DNA from: an uncultured Desulfobacter sp.
Lineage (GTDB): Bacteria; Desulfobacterota; Desulfobacteria; Desulfobacterales; Desulfobacteraceae
Assembly: GCA_963665095.1 (NCBI GenBank)
Contig: OY762069.1
Span: forward strand, 4,992,001-5,056,000
Reading direction: 5' to 3'
DNA: 64,000 nt
Below are positions 9,815 to 18,935 of the stretch, one piece after another. The notes under the pieces were generated by a model. It was given only the letters and a program-made list of their open reading frames with translations, was not told where the DNA came from and did no database searches. Position numbers and translations under genes: made by a program. Each line of letters opens with the position of its first letter. Within the stretch, counting starts at the first letter, position 1.

Positions 9815-10233
9815 TGATCAATGTGAGAAACTCGCTTCGCATGCAGAACAATGAGATGGAAATCAATATGAGTCCGCTCATTGATCTGGTGTTTCTGCTG
9901 CTGATTTTTTTCATGGTGACAACCAGCTTTGTGCGGGAGACCGGCATTGATGTGCAGCGGCCCAGCGCCTCATCTGCCACACTTACGGAAAACGGCAATA
10001 TCCTTGTGGCGGTGTCCCAAAACGGCACCATCCATTTTGACGGGCAGCAGATTGACATCCGAAGTGTCCGGGCCCACATCACCCGGGCCCTGGCCCAGAA
10101 TCCGGAAGGATCTGTGGTGATTGTGGCCGATAAGGTCAGCTATACCGGAAAGGTGATCCAGGTCATGGACCAGTGCCGGCTGGCCGGTGCCAAACGGGTG
10201 AGTATTGCCGCCACCCGGGGTGAGTCACCTTAA
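9814..10233 (+). CDS. exbD: ExbD/TolR biopolymer transport protein
   Basis: EINMSPLIDLVFLLLIFFMVT, VVIVADK and VMDQCRLAG. Confidence 0.93.
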   Translation: MINVRNSLRMQNNEMEINMSPLIDLVFLLLIFFMVTTSFVRETGIDVQRPSASSATLTENGNILVAVSQNGTIHFDGQQIDIRSVRAHITRALAQNPEGSVVIVADKVSYTGKVIQVMDQCRLAGAKRVSIAATRGESP

Positions 10234-10941
10234 ATGAAGCTGCCTTACCAGCAGTCATATCTGCTCCAGGGCGCCCTTGGCGCCATGCTGGTCAACCTGC
10301 TGCTTTTTGGCCTTTTGCCCGGACTCATTCATATGGAAACCCGGGGGGGGGATCTTGAAAGCCTGAATGCAGTGACTTTTACCCGGATTAAACCGGCGCT
10401 GATGGCGCCGGATCCATCCCCGAAAAAAGAGGAAAAAAAGGAAGAAAAGAAACCGGAAAAGATTCATAAAATCGTTCACCATGAAAAGATGACAGTGCCC
10501 AGAAAACAGCTGAAGATGAAAATGCCCCAGGTGGACCTGAACATTGATCCCCGGCTGTCAGACGGCATTCCCATGATTGCACCGGCAAAAGAGCCGCCTG
10601 TGGCCGCACCTGTTGCCGGTACAGCGGACGGGCCTGATTTTGATGCTGTTATGGACCAGGGGGCGGTGGATGTGGTTCCGGTGCCTAAGTTCAAGGCAGC
10701 ACCGCGCTATCCTTACCGGGCCAAGCGCATGGGCCGGGAAGGCACAGTTAAAATAGGTTTTCTGGTGGATAAGGACGGGAATGTCTCAGATATTAAGATC
10801 CTGGAGGCCAACCCTTCGGGGTTCTTTGAGGAAGCGGTCCTTGATGCGGTGTCATCATGGAAATATGCACCTGGAGAACTCATGGGCAGAAAAGTGGCCA
10901 CCCGGGTCACCACCTCTGTGGTCTTTAAACTGGAGAGATAA
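10234..10941 (+). CDS. tonB: Energy transducer TonB
   Basis: N-terminal TM helix, Pro/Lys/Glu-rich linker and C-domain PRYPYRAKRMGREG...W.Y.PG. Confidence 0.92.
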   Translation: MKLPYQQSYLLQGALGAMLVNLLLFGLLPGLIHMETRGGDLESLNAVTFTRIKPALMAPDPSPKKEEKKEEKKPEKIHKIVHHEKMTVPRKQLKMKMPQVDLNIDPRLSDGIPMIAPAKEPPVAAPVAGTADGPDFDAVMDQGAVDVVPVPKFKAAPRYPYRAKRMGREGTVKIGFLVDKDGNVSDIKILEANPSGFFEEAVLDAVSSWKYAPGELMGRKVATRVTTSVVFKLER

Positions 10942-10943
10942 AT

Positions 10944-12137
10944 ATGGCTGGATATCGTTTTTTGTTTTCCATGATGGTGATCTTTAGCTGTCTTACGCCT
11001 GCGGCGGCCCAGACACCGGCACCATCATGTCCGGATGAACAGACCCTGACCCTGGGGGCAAGAACCGCTCTGGTCAAGGCCCAGAACTTTATGACAGAGA
11101 AAAAGATGCCCCAGGCTGCCCAGGCCCTGGAGGCTTTTATCCGTGAGCATCCGGATGAGAATCATGCCTATGTCGCCTATACACTTGGCTGCCTCTACCT
11201 GGAACTGGACCGGGCCGCAGATGCCTTAATCCAGTTTGAAAAGACCGCTGACCTTTGTCCGGCCTATGCCCCTGCCTGGCAGAATCTGGCCAAGGTCTGT
11301 TTTGATTTGAGACAATACAGCCGGGCCGGCATGGCCCTGGAAAAGTCATGGGACCTGACCGGGCGCAGCAACCATATGCTGTATTTTCAGGCGGCCGTGG
11401 CCCATATCTCAGCGAAAACACCGGAAAAGGCCCTGCCGGTGCTGGCATTTTTGTGTTCAGGCCGGGCCGGTGCTCCCAAAGAGAACTGGGTAACGCTGTA
11501 CGTCCAGACCGCCATTGAGCAAAAGCGGTCAAAGCGGGCGGTGAAAACAGTGGAACAGCTTCTGACTCAACCGGAGCCGGCCCCCTTTCTGTTTCGCCTG
11601 GCAACGGTTCTCTACCTGGAAATACCTGATTACAGGAAAGCGGCCCAGAATCTTGAAGCCTATGGGCTGGTCACGGCGTTGCAGCGGGATGAACAGAAAC
11701 TGCTGGCCGATCTTTATGCGAATTTGGGCATCCCGGCAAAGGCGGCCCAGAATTACGAAAAGGTGATTGCCATAAAACCCTGCTGCACCATCTTTGAACA
11801 GACCGCCTCCTGCTGGTTTGAGGCCTGCGAGTATGACAAAGCCCTTGATGCCGCTGAAAAGGGCCTTGCTGCATATCCTGAGTCAAAGCGGCTGTGGCAG
11901 GTCAAAGGCTGGGTGCATTATGAGAAACAGGATTTCAGCCCCGCTGCCCGGGCCTTTGGAAAAGCCTGTGCCCTGGACAGCAGGGATATAAACACCCTGT
12001 TTCTGCACGGCCTTTGTGCCTGCCGGGCCGGAGACCGGGATTCCGCCAGAAAAGCGCTGACACGGGCGGCCTGCCATAATCGTTACAAGACCCGGGCCCT
12101 GGCGCTTATCCATGAGATGGAAAGCGGAAATATATAG
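10944..12137 (+). CDS. Exported tetratricopeptide repeat protein
   Basis: Signal peptide and repeated helical TPR patterns; typical last gene of TonB2-type clusters. Confidence 0.8.
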   Translation: MAGYRFLFSMMVIFSCLTPAAAQTPAPSCPDEQTLTLGARTALVKAQNFMTEKKMPQAAQALEAFIREHPDENHAYVAYTLGCLYLELDRAADALIQFEKTADLCPAYAPAWQNLAKVCFDLRQYSRAGMALEKSWDLTGRSNHMLYFQAAVAHISAKTPEKALPVLAFLCSGRAGAPKENWVTLYVQTAIEQKRSKRAVKTVEQLLTQPEPAPFLFRLATVLYLEIPDYRKAAQNLEAYGLVTALQRDEQKLLADLYANLGIPAKAAQNYEKVIAIKPCCTIFEQTASCWFEACEYDKALDAAEKGLAAYPESKRLWQVKGWVHYEKQDFSPAARAFGKACALDSRDINTLFLHGLCACRAGDRDSARKALTRAACHNRYKTRALALIHEMESGNI

Positions 12138-12156
12138 TAGGGCGGTGTCACATTGG

Positions 12157-13689
12157 TTATCCTGTTTTTTGTGCCGCTTTCCGGCGGTCCCTTTTCCGGC
12201 GGTCCATGGCCGCTGCCAGGCTGGAGAACTGCTGATTGAGCAGAATGGCACCGATAGCCACAGCCAGGGTTTTGGCAATGGATTCCAGAAAGTCGGTTTG
12301 CAGCCTGGAAAAGTTTTCCAGGCTGCCTAATTCAAGGACGCCCACAACCTGTTCCTCATTGATCAGGGGGATAATCAGCAGGCAGCGGGGCAGGCCCATG
12401 ACAAATGAGGATTCAATGTGAATATAATCATCCGGCACATCCGTGATTAATATGCTCTTTTGCTGGTGAACCGCCTGACCTGCAATTCCTTCTCCGGATT
12501 TGAAACTGGTGGCAAAGGCCTTTCCCCGTTTCAGGGCATGGACGGCAGTCAGGGTATATTCTTTTGTTTCATCATCCAGAATAAAAATAGTGCCGATAAC
12601 AGCCTGGCAGTATTCGGCAATGAACTGCAGGGCCTGGCTGGTCATATGGTACATGTTCTGTTTACCTGTGACAATCCGGCTCAGTTCCGTCACCCCGGTT
12701 TTAAACCAGTTCTGATCCGCCCGTTCAATTTCCACCATCTCAAGGGTCTGCAGCACATCATTCAGTGACAGGGCCAAATCGTCATACTCTGATTCGGGTG
12801 TGATTCTATAGCTGAAATTTTTATTTTCCACGGCATCCTGGAGGCTGTTAAAGAGTTTTCGAAACCTTGATACACTTTGCTCCATCTGTTTTTTGAGAAA
12901 TTCCTCCTCTTTTTCCTTAATTTTTATTTTATCAATGGATTCGACCAGCCCGCTGAAAAGAGCATTGATCTCCTTTGTCAGCCGGATAAGCACATAGAAC
13001 ATGCAGCACAGGGCCGTCGCTGCCAGGATGATATTGGATACAGTCAGCGGTATGGGAAGCACCCGTCCCATGGACTGGGCCATCCCCACCCAGCTGTTCA
13101 CCGTAACAAAAAGCATGACGGTTCCAGACAAAAGGCCGGCCACCATAATCAATATCTTCAGGGAGAGGGGTTTTACATCAATGAATTCCGGATGGAGGGA
13201 ATGAAAGTATTCTTCAGTTTTCGTAAATATTTCTGTGAGAAGAACGCTTCCCATCAACGCCCCGAAAGCGATCATGCCTACGGGGGCATAAATGGAAATA
13301 TATTTCATCTCCATATCAAACAGCAGTTCAAATCCCAGAAGTGCTACGCAGATCTGCCAGCAGGAGATGAGAAAGAAGTTGATAAAGGTTCTGATAAAAT
13401 GCCTGGCCAGCAGTTTACCTGCTTCTGTATTATCCGTATATTCCTTAAGCCCCTTGTCAAAGCGAGCCCAGGTCCTGTACTGGATAATCGTTCCGAATAC
13501 CAGGATTGATGAAAGCAGAATGAAAAAGCGAATGTCCGTAACAATTCCGGTGACCTCTTTGCCGGTGAACAGCCCTGTCATGTAGGCAAACGGCGCTAAT
13601 AAAAACTGGATGGCAACGGGGTGGATAAGGGAAAGAATGATCGTATCTTTATACGCTTGTCTGCCAAGCTCTTCCGATGTCGCAGCCAT
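12157..13689 (-). CDS. Multi-TM membrane protein with HAMP-like linker and GAF domain, no output domain
   Basis: About 6 hydrophobic segments, then RFRKLFNSLQDAV...NWFKTG and GAF (GEGIAGQA, DVPDDYIHIESS, GVLELGS). Start set at ATG 13689 (AAGGAG RBS). Confidence 0.75.
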   Translation of the reverse strand: MAATSEELGRQAYKDTIILSLIHPVAIQFLLAPFAYMTGLFTGKEVTGIVTDIRFFILLSSILVFGTIIQYRTWARFDKGLKEYTDNTEAGKLLARHFIRTFINFFLISCWQICVALLGFELLFDMEMKYISIYAPVGMIAFGALMGSVLLTEIFTKTEEYFHSLHPEFIDVKPLSLKILIMVAGLLSGTVMLFVTVNSWVGMAQSMGRVLPIPLTVSNIILAATALCCMFYVLIRLTKEINALFSGLVESIDKIKIKEKEEEFLKKQMEQSVSRFRKLFNSLQDAVENKNFSYRITPESEYDDLALSLNDVLQTLEMVEIERADQNWFKTGVTELSRIVTGKQNMYHMTSQALQFIAEYCQAVIGTIFILDDETKEYTLTAVHALKRGKAFATSFKSGEGIAGQAVHQQKSILITDVPDDYIHIESSFVMGLPRCLLIIPLINEEQVVGVLELGSLENFSRLQTDFLESIAKTLAVAIGAILLNQQFSSLAAAMDRRKRDRRKAAQKTG

Positions 13690-13788
13690 AACCTGGCTCT
13701 CCTTCCAGATAGATTGGCCCCATAGCGGCCAGGGCCGGTAAATGATGGGCAAAGGGCGTTGCTGTAAGTTTAATTCAGGCCGAAAGAT

Positions 13789-16254
13789 TCAGGTAGTTGT
13801 AACTGCCTGCCTTTTTAAGTCAAAGTAAAATTTCACCGCAAGGGAAAGGGATGCAAGCTTTGACCGGGTTGAATCGCCCCTTGAGGTCAGAATCAGCGGC
13901 ATGTCCCCGCATAAAATAACACCGGCCAGGGCAGCGCCTGACTGGGTGGTCAGGGTCTTCCACAGGATGTTGCCTGCATCAATGTCCGGCAGGATCAGGA
14001 CATCGGCATTCCCCTGGATTTTCCCCGTGTAATGCTTTTCCTGGGCAATGGCCGGGTCCATGGCCACATCCAGGGATAAGGGACCCTCCACGATGCAGTC
14101 GTCCCGGTGGGCGAACCCTGCTGCGATCCGTTCGGCCTCAATGGAACTGTCAACGCTTTGATTTACATTTTCAACCGCAGAGACCACGGCGACTTTTGGT
14201 ACTTTGATATTCAGGTTATGCACTACTTTTAATGCATTTTCAAGGATGGCCACCCGTTTTTGTTCATCCGGGTAGGTGTTCAGCGCACCGTCTGAGAAGG
14301 CCAGAAGTTTGTTTCTGGTGGGAATATCCACAATGGCGGTGTGGCTCATCACCTGACCTTTTATGAGGCGTCCGGTTTTTTTCAGGTACCGTATAACCCC
14401 CCGCAGCAGGTCTTCGGTGTGAATGAGCCCTTTCATCAGAATATCCACCCTGCCCTGGTCCAGCAGCTCCACGGCGTCTTCAATGGGATTTTCCGTATCC
14501 ACAATGGTGTAGTTTTCATTGTCAATGACCAGATCGTACTCATAGGCGATCTGGCTGATCTCCTGGAAATCGCCGAGCAGCACAAACCGGGCAATGCGGA
14601 ACTGGCCCTCTTCATTGGCTTTTTTGGCGGCCTGGATTGCTTCTTCGTTATTGGCGCCCACAATGGCAATGGTGGGCGCGTAATTCTCCTTGACCGTGAG
14701 GTAGGCGGCATCAATGATGTCGTCCATGGTGGTCAGAGGCGCGCCTTTTTTCTTGAACCGGATTTCGCGCTTGAAAACCGGCGTGTCAATCAGTTCATCC
14801 TCTTCGTGTCTTTTTTTGCGCAAAGCGTCCCGTTCGGTTTCGTAATCCTTGAGCATCTCAGGGGCAAAAAATCCCTGGATCTGGCCGGCTGCCAGGGCCT
14901 CATGTTCAAAATAGCCGGGCATGACAACCACAGGATAGCGCCCGGCAATATTGTGCCGGACCCGGCGCATCATGTCCGGGTTGCCGGCAAGTCCGCCCGT
15001 GATTGCCAGCACCTTGACGTCCGCCCCGTCCGCTGTGAGTTTAAGTATGCCGCCGGCGATATGTCTGGCAAAAAAGTCCTGGACCAGCCCGATTTTTTTA
15101 CGCTGCACAGGGGTGGCGCCCTGGCGCAGAAATCCGATCATGGCGTTGAAATCATTGGTGCCCGCCAGTGACATAAGGCCGCCGCGGCCATTCAGGGCCT
15201 GCTCCAGATCCCTGATGGAGATATCCTTGTCCTTGATGGCCCGGAACACCCGGTCAATATCCACCGCACCGCTGCGGCTGGTGGATGCAATGCCGGAATA
15301 GGCATCTATGAGCATGGAGACCTTTCCCTGTCTGTGGGCAGCCAGAGAGGTGCCCCCGCCCACATGGGCGGTGACGGCATTGAGTTGTGCCGGGTTCTGG
15401 TTCATCAGCGAGGCCACTATCCGCCATGCGGCCTTGTGGCTCAGGTAGTGGCCGCCGGCACCGTTGCGTTTGACCTTCACAAAACCGGTGATCCGGTCCA
15501 CCAGATCCATTTCATCACACACAAAGGGATCCGTGGTGGTCAGCAGCAGATCTTTCTGGCTGCCTGCGATGCCGGCCAGTTTCATGCCCATGGAGATGCC
15601 CATGTTGCTGGCATGGTCCCGCAGGGGATGGTCAGTCAGATCCCGGACCATCTCCGGATCCACCCGGTAGGTGCCGCCGGGGATGGGTTGGAGAAACCCC
15701 CCCTGGCAGGCAATGCCGTCAAGTGAGGGCAGCTCAATACCGGCCTGTTTCAGGCGGGACGCCACAGCCCTCACCCGGTTTGCCGTACTGTCCTCTTCAT
15801 CCGGCAGCAGGTGGATTTCAAAATGGAGGATCTCTTCCAGGCCCTGGTATACAGCGCCTCTGGTGGATACGGTGCCGGGATTGAGCAGCAGAAATCGTCT
15901 GTTTTCCCGCCTGGCCTCATCTGCAAGGGGTGCCCCTAAAAGTCGTCGCAGCACAGCTGTCTTATCCTGGCTGTTACGCTCCATGGCAAGCATCAGGGTC
16001 AGTGCCCTGCCGGCAATGCCATTGATACGGGCCGAGGGCGTTGATCTGAGCAGCACATCAATGACCGATGCCAGTTCCCCCTGTACCATTGCCGGATCCA
16101 ATGCGCCGGGGTGGCTCTTCATCAATGTTTCAAGTTCGGTCAGCCATGTGTCGCTGGCCACAGCAAGCTGCCGCTCAAACGCAGACATGGAAACACTGAT
16201 TTTGCCGATCTCAGCGATGGTTTCTACTACTTTTTTATGAAGTCCCGCACTCAC
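13789..16254 (-). CDS. Butyrate kinase / phosphate butyryltransferase fusion protein with extra N-terminal domain
   Basis: Buk-like motifs: NPGTVSTR, GG.LQPIPGGTY, HASNMG, AHVGGG, GTND, TGGLA. Ptb-like motifs: DILMKG, SH, DGALN.YPD, SAVENVN, EGPLSLD.A, GNADVLILPDIDAGNIL.K, LTSRGDS. Confidence 0.85.
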   Translation of the reverse strand: MSAGLHKKVVETIAEIGKISVSMSAFERQLAVASDTWLTELETLMKSHPGALDPAMVQGELASVIDVLLRSTPSARINGIAGRALTLMLAMERNSQDKTAVLRRLLGAPLADEARRENRRFLLLNPGTVSTRGAVYQGLEEILHFEIHLLPDEEDSTANRVRAVASRLKQAGIELPSLDGIACQGGFLQPIPGGTYRVDPEMVRDLTDHPLRDHASNMGISMGMKLAGIAGSQKDLLLTTTDPFVCDEMDLVDRITGFVKVKRNGAGGHYLSHKAAWRIVASLMNQNPAQLNAVTAHVGGGTSLAAHRQGKVSMLIDAYSGIASTSRSGAVDIDRVFRAIKDKDISIRDLEQALNGRGGLMSLAGTNDFNAMIGFLRQGATPVQRKKIGLVQDFFARHIAGGILKLTADGADVKVLAITGGLAGNPDMMRRVRHNIAGRYPVVVMPGYFEHEALAAGQIQGFFAPEMLKDYETERDALRKKRHEEDELIDTPVFKREIRFKKKGAPLTTMDDIIDAAYLTVKENYAPTIAIVGANNEEAIQAAKKANEEGQFRIARFVLLGDFQEISQIAYEYDLVIDNENYTIVDTENPIEDAVELLDQGRVDILMKGLIHTEDLLRGVIRYLKKTGRLIKGQVMSHTAIVDIPTRNKLLAFSDGALNTYPDEQKRVAILENALKVVHNLNIKVPKVAVVSAVENVNQSVDSSIEAERIAAGFAHRDDCIVEGPLSLDVAMDPAIAQEKHYTGKIQGNADVLILPDIDAGNILWKTLTTQSGAALAGVILCGDMPLILTSRGDSTRSKLASLSLAVKFYFDLKRQAVTTT

Positions 16255-16275
16255 TTTTTAATACTTTCCTTTTAC

Positions 16276-18141
16276 TTAGACGCCTGTCTGGTTTCCGGCT
16301 GTGCTTTGGGGCGCATCAACACTGTCAGAAACATTGTCGGAGGCGATGCGCCGCAGCTGGGTCCTGAACAGTTTGCCTGTGGCTGTTCTGGGAAGCTGAT
16401 CGGTGAATATTATCTTTTCAGGCACTGCAAAATGGCCGATTTTTTCTGCAATATGGGTGTTGATTTGTGTGATATAGCGCTCTTTATTCTCAACATGGCC
16501 CCTGGCCACCACAAAGAGCACCGCGTCCTGCCCGGCCGGTCCGGAGCCACTGATAATAGCGGCTTCATCAATAAACATAAGGGATGACAGCACGGTTTCG
16601 ATTAAAGAGGCGCCCAGGGTCTGGCCCTTGACCTTGATCACGTCATCCAGCCGGCCCATGAACCAGAAAAAACCGTTTTTGTCCGACCGGACCCCGTCGT
16701 AGGTGAGGAAGTGCCCTGGAAACCGGGAAAAATATGTCTTCTTAAAATGTTTTGATGTGCCAAAGGTGGCCTTTGCCATGGCCGGCCAGGATTTATCAAA
16801 CACCAGATTGCCGCTGATGTTGGTTTTGCAGGCCTCACCAAAATCGCTCATGATTAAGGGCTCGACACCGGGGGCGCCAAATCCAAGCGAGCCGGGCCGG
16901 TTCAGTTCAGGGGTGGGATATGCGTGCAGGAGCGCTGTGCCGCTTTTGGCCTGCACCCACATGTTGACCACCCGTTCCGGGGCCTCCACCAGGGTTTCCC
17001 CGGCATAGCTGACCAGCCGGGGAGGCAGCGCGTCACTGCAGCAGGCAAGGATGGAGAACCGCCGCTCTGTGTTGAGCCGGCCGCTCCCCAGTTGATCCCG
17101 TATGTCTGATATCAGGGACGGCCGGCAGAGCATGGCCGGGTTGCTGTGCTCATGTAAAATGGTTTCAAGGGTGCCGGTATCAACGGCCTCTTCATTTGGT
17201 CTGTTTTCAATGAAGATAATACCGGTGCCGTTTGTTAAGGGTCCCCACAGCCCGTAGGCATGGGCCGGAGCTTTGGAGATGTCCAGGGTGTTGACGATCA
17301 TTTCCGGCTGGTCCAGGGTCAGTGTCTGATGAAAAATAGCATCAAAGGAGGCATGGGCCTGGACCAGAAATCCTGCCGTGGAAAAAACAGAACCCACATG
17401 TTTGTTGCCGGCCAGACGATTTTCATAGATGGCAAACAGGGGCAGATCTGCCGGTGGAGAGGCAGGGGCCAGGCCTGTGGGATCAGCATTTGCCGTGTAT
17501 GCTTCCAGGGTGTCAAGTCCCTCAAGTGCTCCGCCGGCTATGATCAGTGGGTGTGACGGGAGCAGGCGGTGAACACGTCTTGCATGGTCTGCGTCTTCTT
17601 TAAATGCAGCCCGGTTACCCATAATCACAAGTTTGCTACGCGATGCGGTGACATCTTCGGCCACAACCGAAGCCGGCAGGTGGCGCCCCACAGGCAGATA
17701 GGTGATACCAAGCCAGGCGGCGGCCAGCGCACAGATGACAAATTCAGGTCCACCGGCAAGGTTTAATGCAATGCAGTCTCCTGTTAAGAGGCCATTCTGG
17801 CGAAAAGCGGCTGCCAGTATTAACGCCTTTTCCTTCAGTTCATTGAAGCTCAGGCAGGTCTTTGTACCTGACTGGTGATAACAGATCAGGGCCTTTTTTC
17901 CCCCCAGGCCTTTTTCAATGATCCTGTGAAGGGCATTTTCAGCCGCATTGATCCGGCCGTCACAGAACCAGGATGCCCTGGGTATGGATAAATCCTCCTG
18001 AACAACACAGGTAAAATCATTCTGCCATTGCAGTTGCCTGGCCTGGCCGGCCCAGAACTGCTCACGGTGGTCAAGGGTCTGTCTGTGAAATCGGCAAAAC
18101 GCATCAAGACGCGCAGGTATGTTATGACTAAGGTCTTCCAT
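16276..18141 (-). CDS. Acetyl-CoA synthetase-like (ANL superfamily) protein with degenerate adenylation motifs
   Basis: Acs architecture (FW..QA..L.W, WF.DG.IN, GPL.NG, PGS, WP.M, GRLDDVIKV.G, LPRTATGK), but the P-loop YTSGSTGKPKG appears as YENRLAGNKHVG. Confidence 0.8.
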   Translation of the reverse strand: MEDLSHNIPARLDAFCRFHRQTLDHREQFWAGQARQLQWQNDFTCVVQEDLSIPRASWFCDGRINAAENALHRIIEKGLGGKKALICYHQSGTKTCLSFNELKEKALILAAAFRQNGLLTGDCIALNLAGGPEFVICALAAAWLGITYLPVGRHLPASVVAEDVTASRSKLVIMGNRAAFKEDADHARRVHRLLPSHPLIIAGGALEGLDTLEAYTANADPTGLAPASPPADLPLFAIYENRLAGNKHVGSVFSTAGFLVQAHASFDAIFHQTLTLDQPEMIVNTLDISKAPAHAYGLWGPLTNGTGIIFIENRPNEEAVDTGTLETILHEHSNPAMLCRPSLISDIRDQLGSGRLNTERRFSILACCSDALPPRLVSYAGETLVEAPERVVNMWVQAKSGTALLHAYPTPELNRPGSLGFGAPGVEPLIMSDFGEACKTNISGNLVFDKSWPAMAKATFGTSKHFKKTYFSRFPGHFLTYDGVRSDKNGFFWFMGRLDDVIKVKGQTLGASLIETVLSSLMFIDEAAIISGSGPAGQDAVLFVVARGHVENKERYITQINTHIAEKIGHFAVPEKIIFTDQLPRTATGKLFRTQLRRIASDNVSDSVDAPQSTAGNQTGV

Positions 18142-18230
18142 GGTATAGCCCCCGGATCAATCCAATCAATGAGCCTTATTATCTGTTTTGGGTTACTCAT
18201 TTGCCAAACGTACCGGCAACATTGTCTGTT

Positions 18231-18259
18231 AGATTAAATACCCCCCCAATAAGTGTCAA
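18231..18259 (-). promoter_or_regulatory. sigma70 promoter for the acs-like / buk-ptb / GAF operon
   Basis: TTGACA (18259-18254), 17 bp, TAATCT (18236-18231). Confidence 0.6.
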
Positions 18260-18309
18260 CAGGAAACCCAAAGATATTTCCCCTCTAATGGTGTTTCGTA
18301 AGACATGAG

Positions 18310-18338
18310 TTGACTTTTTTGAAATTTATTTTTAAAAT
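18310..18338 (+). promoter_or_regulatory. sigma70 promoter for the 18348 ORF
   Basis: TTGACT (18310-18315), 17 bp, TAAAAT (18333-18338). Confidence 0.6.
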
Positions 18339-18347
18339 ATTTACTTA

Positions 18348-18731
18348 ATGAAACAAAATGCGACAAGATATGATACGAATCGAAAAATCAGGCAGGTTCT
18401 TGTCAGTCACAGTACAGACCTCAGCCATCTCTTTTTCTCATTTTCCGGAAAAACTGCCCGGTTTTCAGGGCGTTTCTTAAAGACATCCGGGCGTGAGATG
18501 AAATTTGAAGAGGTGGAGGCCCTGTGCAAAAAACTGACAAGTCTTTCAGCGGTTCGGTTTCTCAGCTTTGACATGGAAGACTGGGTAATTTCTGCCGGCC
18601 TGGGGTCAATGGATATTGTCAAGAAATCAGCCGTCTCTTCTGCTGCTGCCCAGGAAACAAGAAAAAACCTTCATATTAATTCTCCGGAACTGGTTGATGA
18701 CGTTCTCAGTGACCAGTTCGGGGAGAACTGA
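18348..18731 (+). CDS. Hypothetical protein, 127 aa
   Basis: ORF fills the gap downstream of a good promoter; no family recognised. Confidence 0.6.
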   Translation: MKQNATRYDTNRKIRQVLVSHSTDLSHLFFSFSGKTARFSGRFLKTSGREMKFEEVEALCKKLTSLSAVRFLSFDMEDWVISAGLGSMDIVKKSAVSSAAAQETRKNLHINSPELVDDVLSDQFGEN

Positions 18732-18859
18732 ATTCGTTGATTTTTTAATTAAAAAAAATTCAGGTTATATACGATTTCTTTCAATAATCCGGATGCGGCG
18801 TAACGGCCGGATCTCTTGGCATTCTGTTATGGAGCCAAACCGGATTTTTATTAAAAGGC

Positions 18860-18889
18860 TTGACGAAAAAAATGGTAAGGAAGTATCTT
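18860..18889 (+). promoter_or_regulatory. Candidate sigma70 promoter for the hybrid kinase operon
   Basis: TTGACG (18860-18865), 18 bp, TATCTT (18884-18889). Confidence 0.4.
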
Positions 18890-18935
18890 CTGAAAAGAAT
18901 CATGTCTGTTTTTCACTGTTAAAGAGGGAAGATCA

